Below are positions 63,201 to 64,000 of a stretch of 64,000 nucleotides of DNA, piece after piece. Each line of letters opens with the position of its first letter. Within the stretch, counting starts at the first letter, position 1. Both the position numbers and the translations under genes were made by a program. Source of the stretch: Lingula anatina (lineage: Eukaryota > Animalia > Brachiopoda); the NCBI GenBank assembly GCA_051362555.1, contig CM120649.1, positions 17,312,567 through 17,376,566 on the forward strand. The letters are read 5' to 3'. The notes under the pieces were generated by a model. The model was not told the origin of the DNA, did not search any database, and saw nothing but the letters and a program-made list of their open reading frames with translations.

Positions 63201-64000
63201 GGAATTACTTATAACTAAATATAGGTTGCATTTTTTAATCCTTTCAGTAGATAAGTTTATTGCAATCTTTCAATTTAATAGAATTTTTGAAATGTGTATA
63301 GGAACACTAAGGCAAAATTTTAATGATGATTGTATTTTGGCATTGTATTCAGGAGTTGCTCTTTTTAAGCTTTACTTTTAATCAATGCTGCAAATTAAAT
63401 GACTGTCCCTAGCAATACTGAAATGAAAAATTGTGTGGTGTAAGATTTTAGGTTAGAGGGAAAAGGATTATCAGTAAATGAACTTAAACCATGCATATCC
63501 TATCTGTAAAATAATGCAAGTATTTATAACCCCTTCTAAGTGCCAGTTGCACAAAACTGTTTTATTCAGAAATCAATTAGACTTTTATTTGTTATGGGTA
63601 AGTGATTTGTAAAATGCAGTAAAACCAATACCACAAAGTTGACATTGGGTTATTGAGTAGTCGGTTATCTTAGATTATCCATTTGACTTAAGATCAAAAT
63701 CTTCGGCCTTGTATGAAACATACTCCTGAACATTTGAGGACGTGTGGTCCTCATGTATTTAGGAGAGGAGGGCATCTGGAACTTCCTATAACTCAAAGAA
63801 AAAAAGAATAACTAAGCCATAACAATGTAATGCTAGTTGTCGGAGACTTTGAGGCAGACTTTGACACTTACTCGTCTGAATTGGTAAGACGCATTTAGAT
63901 TCACATGTGCTAAGGTGAGTTATGTCACGTGTAAGTTTTTTTTTTTTTTTTTTTATTTTTTTTTTTTTTTTATTTTGCTAGATTTGCCTAGTTTATTTAG

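Overview
AT-rich, intron-containing animal genomic DNA. The repeat types suggest an invertebrate, possibly a mollusc or other lophotrochozoan (inference). Most entries in the ORF track are noise; the real genes are spliced and were rebuilt by hand from GT-AG sites and frame continuity. Contents: (1) the last three coding exons of GCC2 (GRIP golgin, +, 94-918); (2) a complete 5-exon AMMECR1 gene (+, 3201-17576, 235 aa), whose introns hold a Kolobok-type element, an RTE 3' remnant and a 5.1-kb TIR element with promoter-like cargo; (3) an uncharacterised + strand gene (26339-29843, about 240 aa) with a degenerate R3H-like segment; (4) a 3-exon minus-strand gene (56655-51352), only partly visible in the ORF track, encoding a 121-aa protein with 16 Cys including six CC doublets, the most novel-looking item; (5) many non-autonomous DNA transposons: several Harbinger-type MITE families, nested Harbinger elements with a Myb/SANT remnant, a Helentron-associated (HINE/DINE-1-like) element carrying a 146-bp tandem array, a Tc1/mariner MITE, plus minisatellites. 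No CRISPR, rRNA or intact tRNA was found. No database searches were run.
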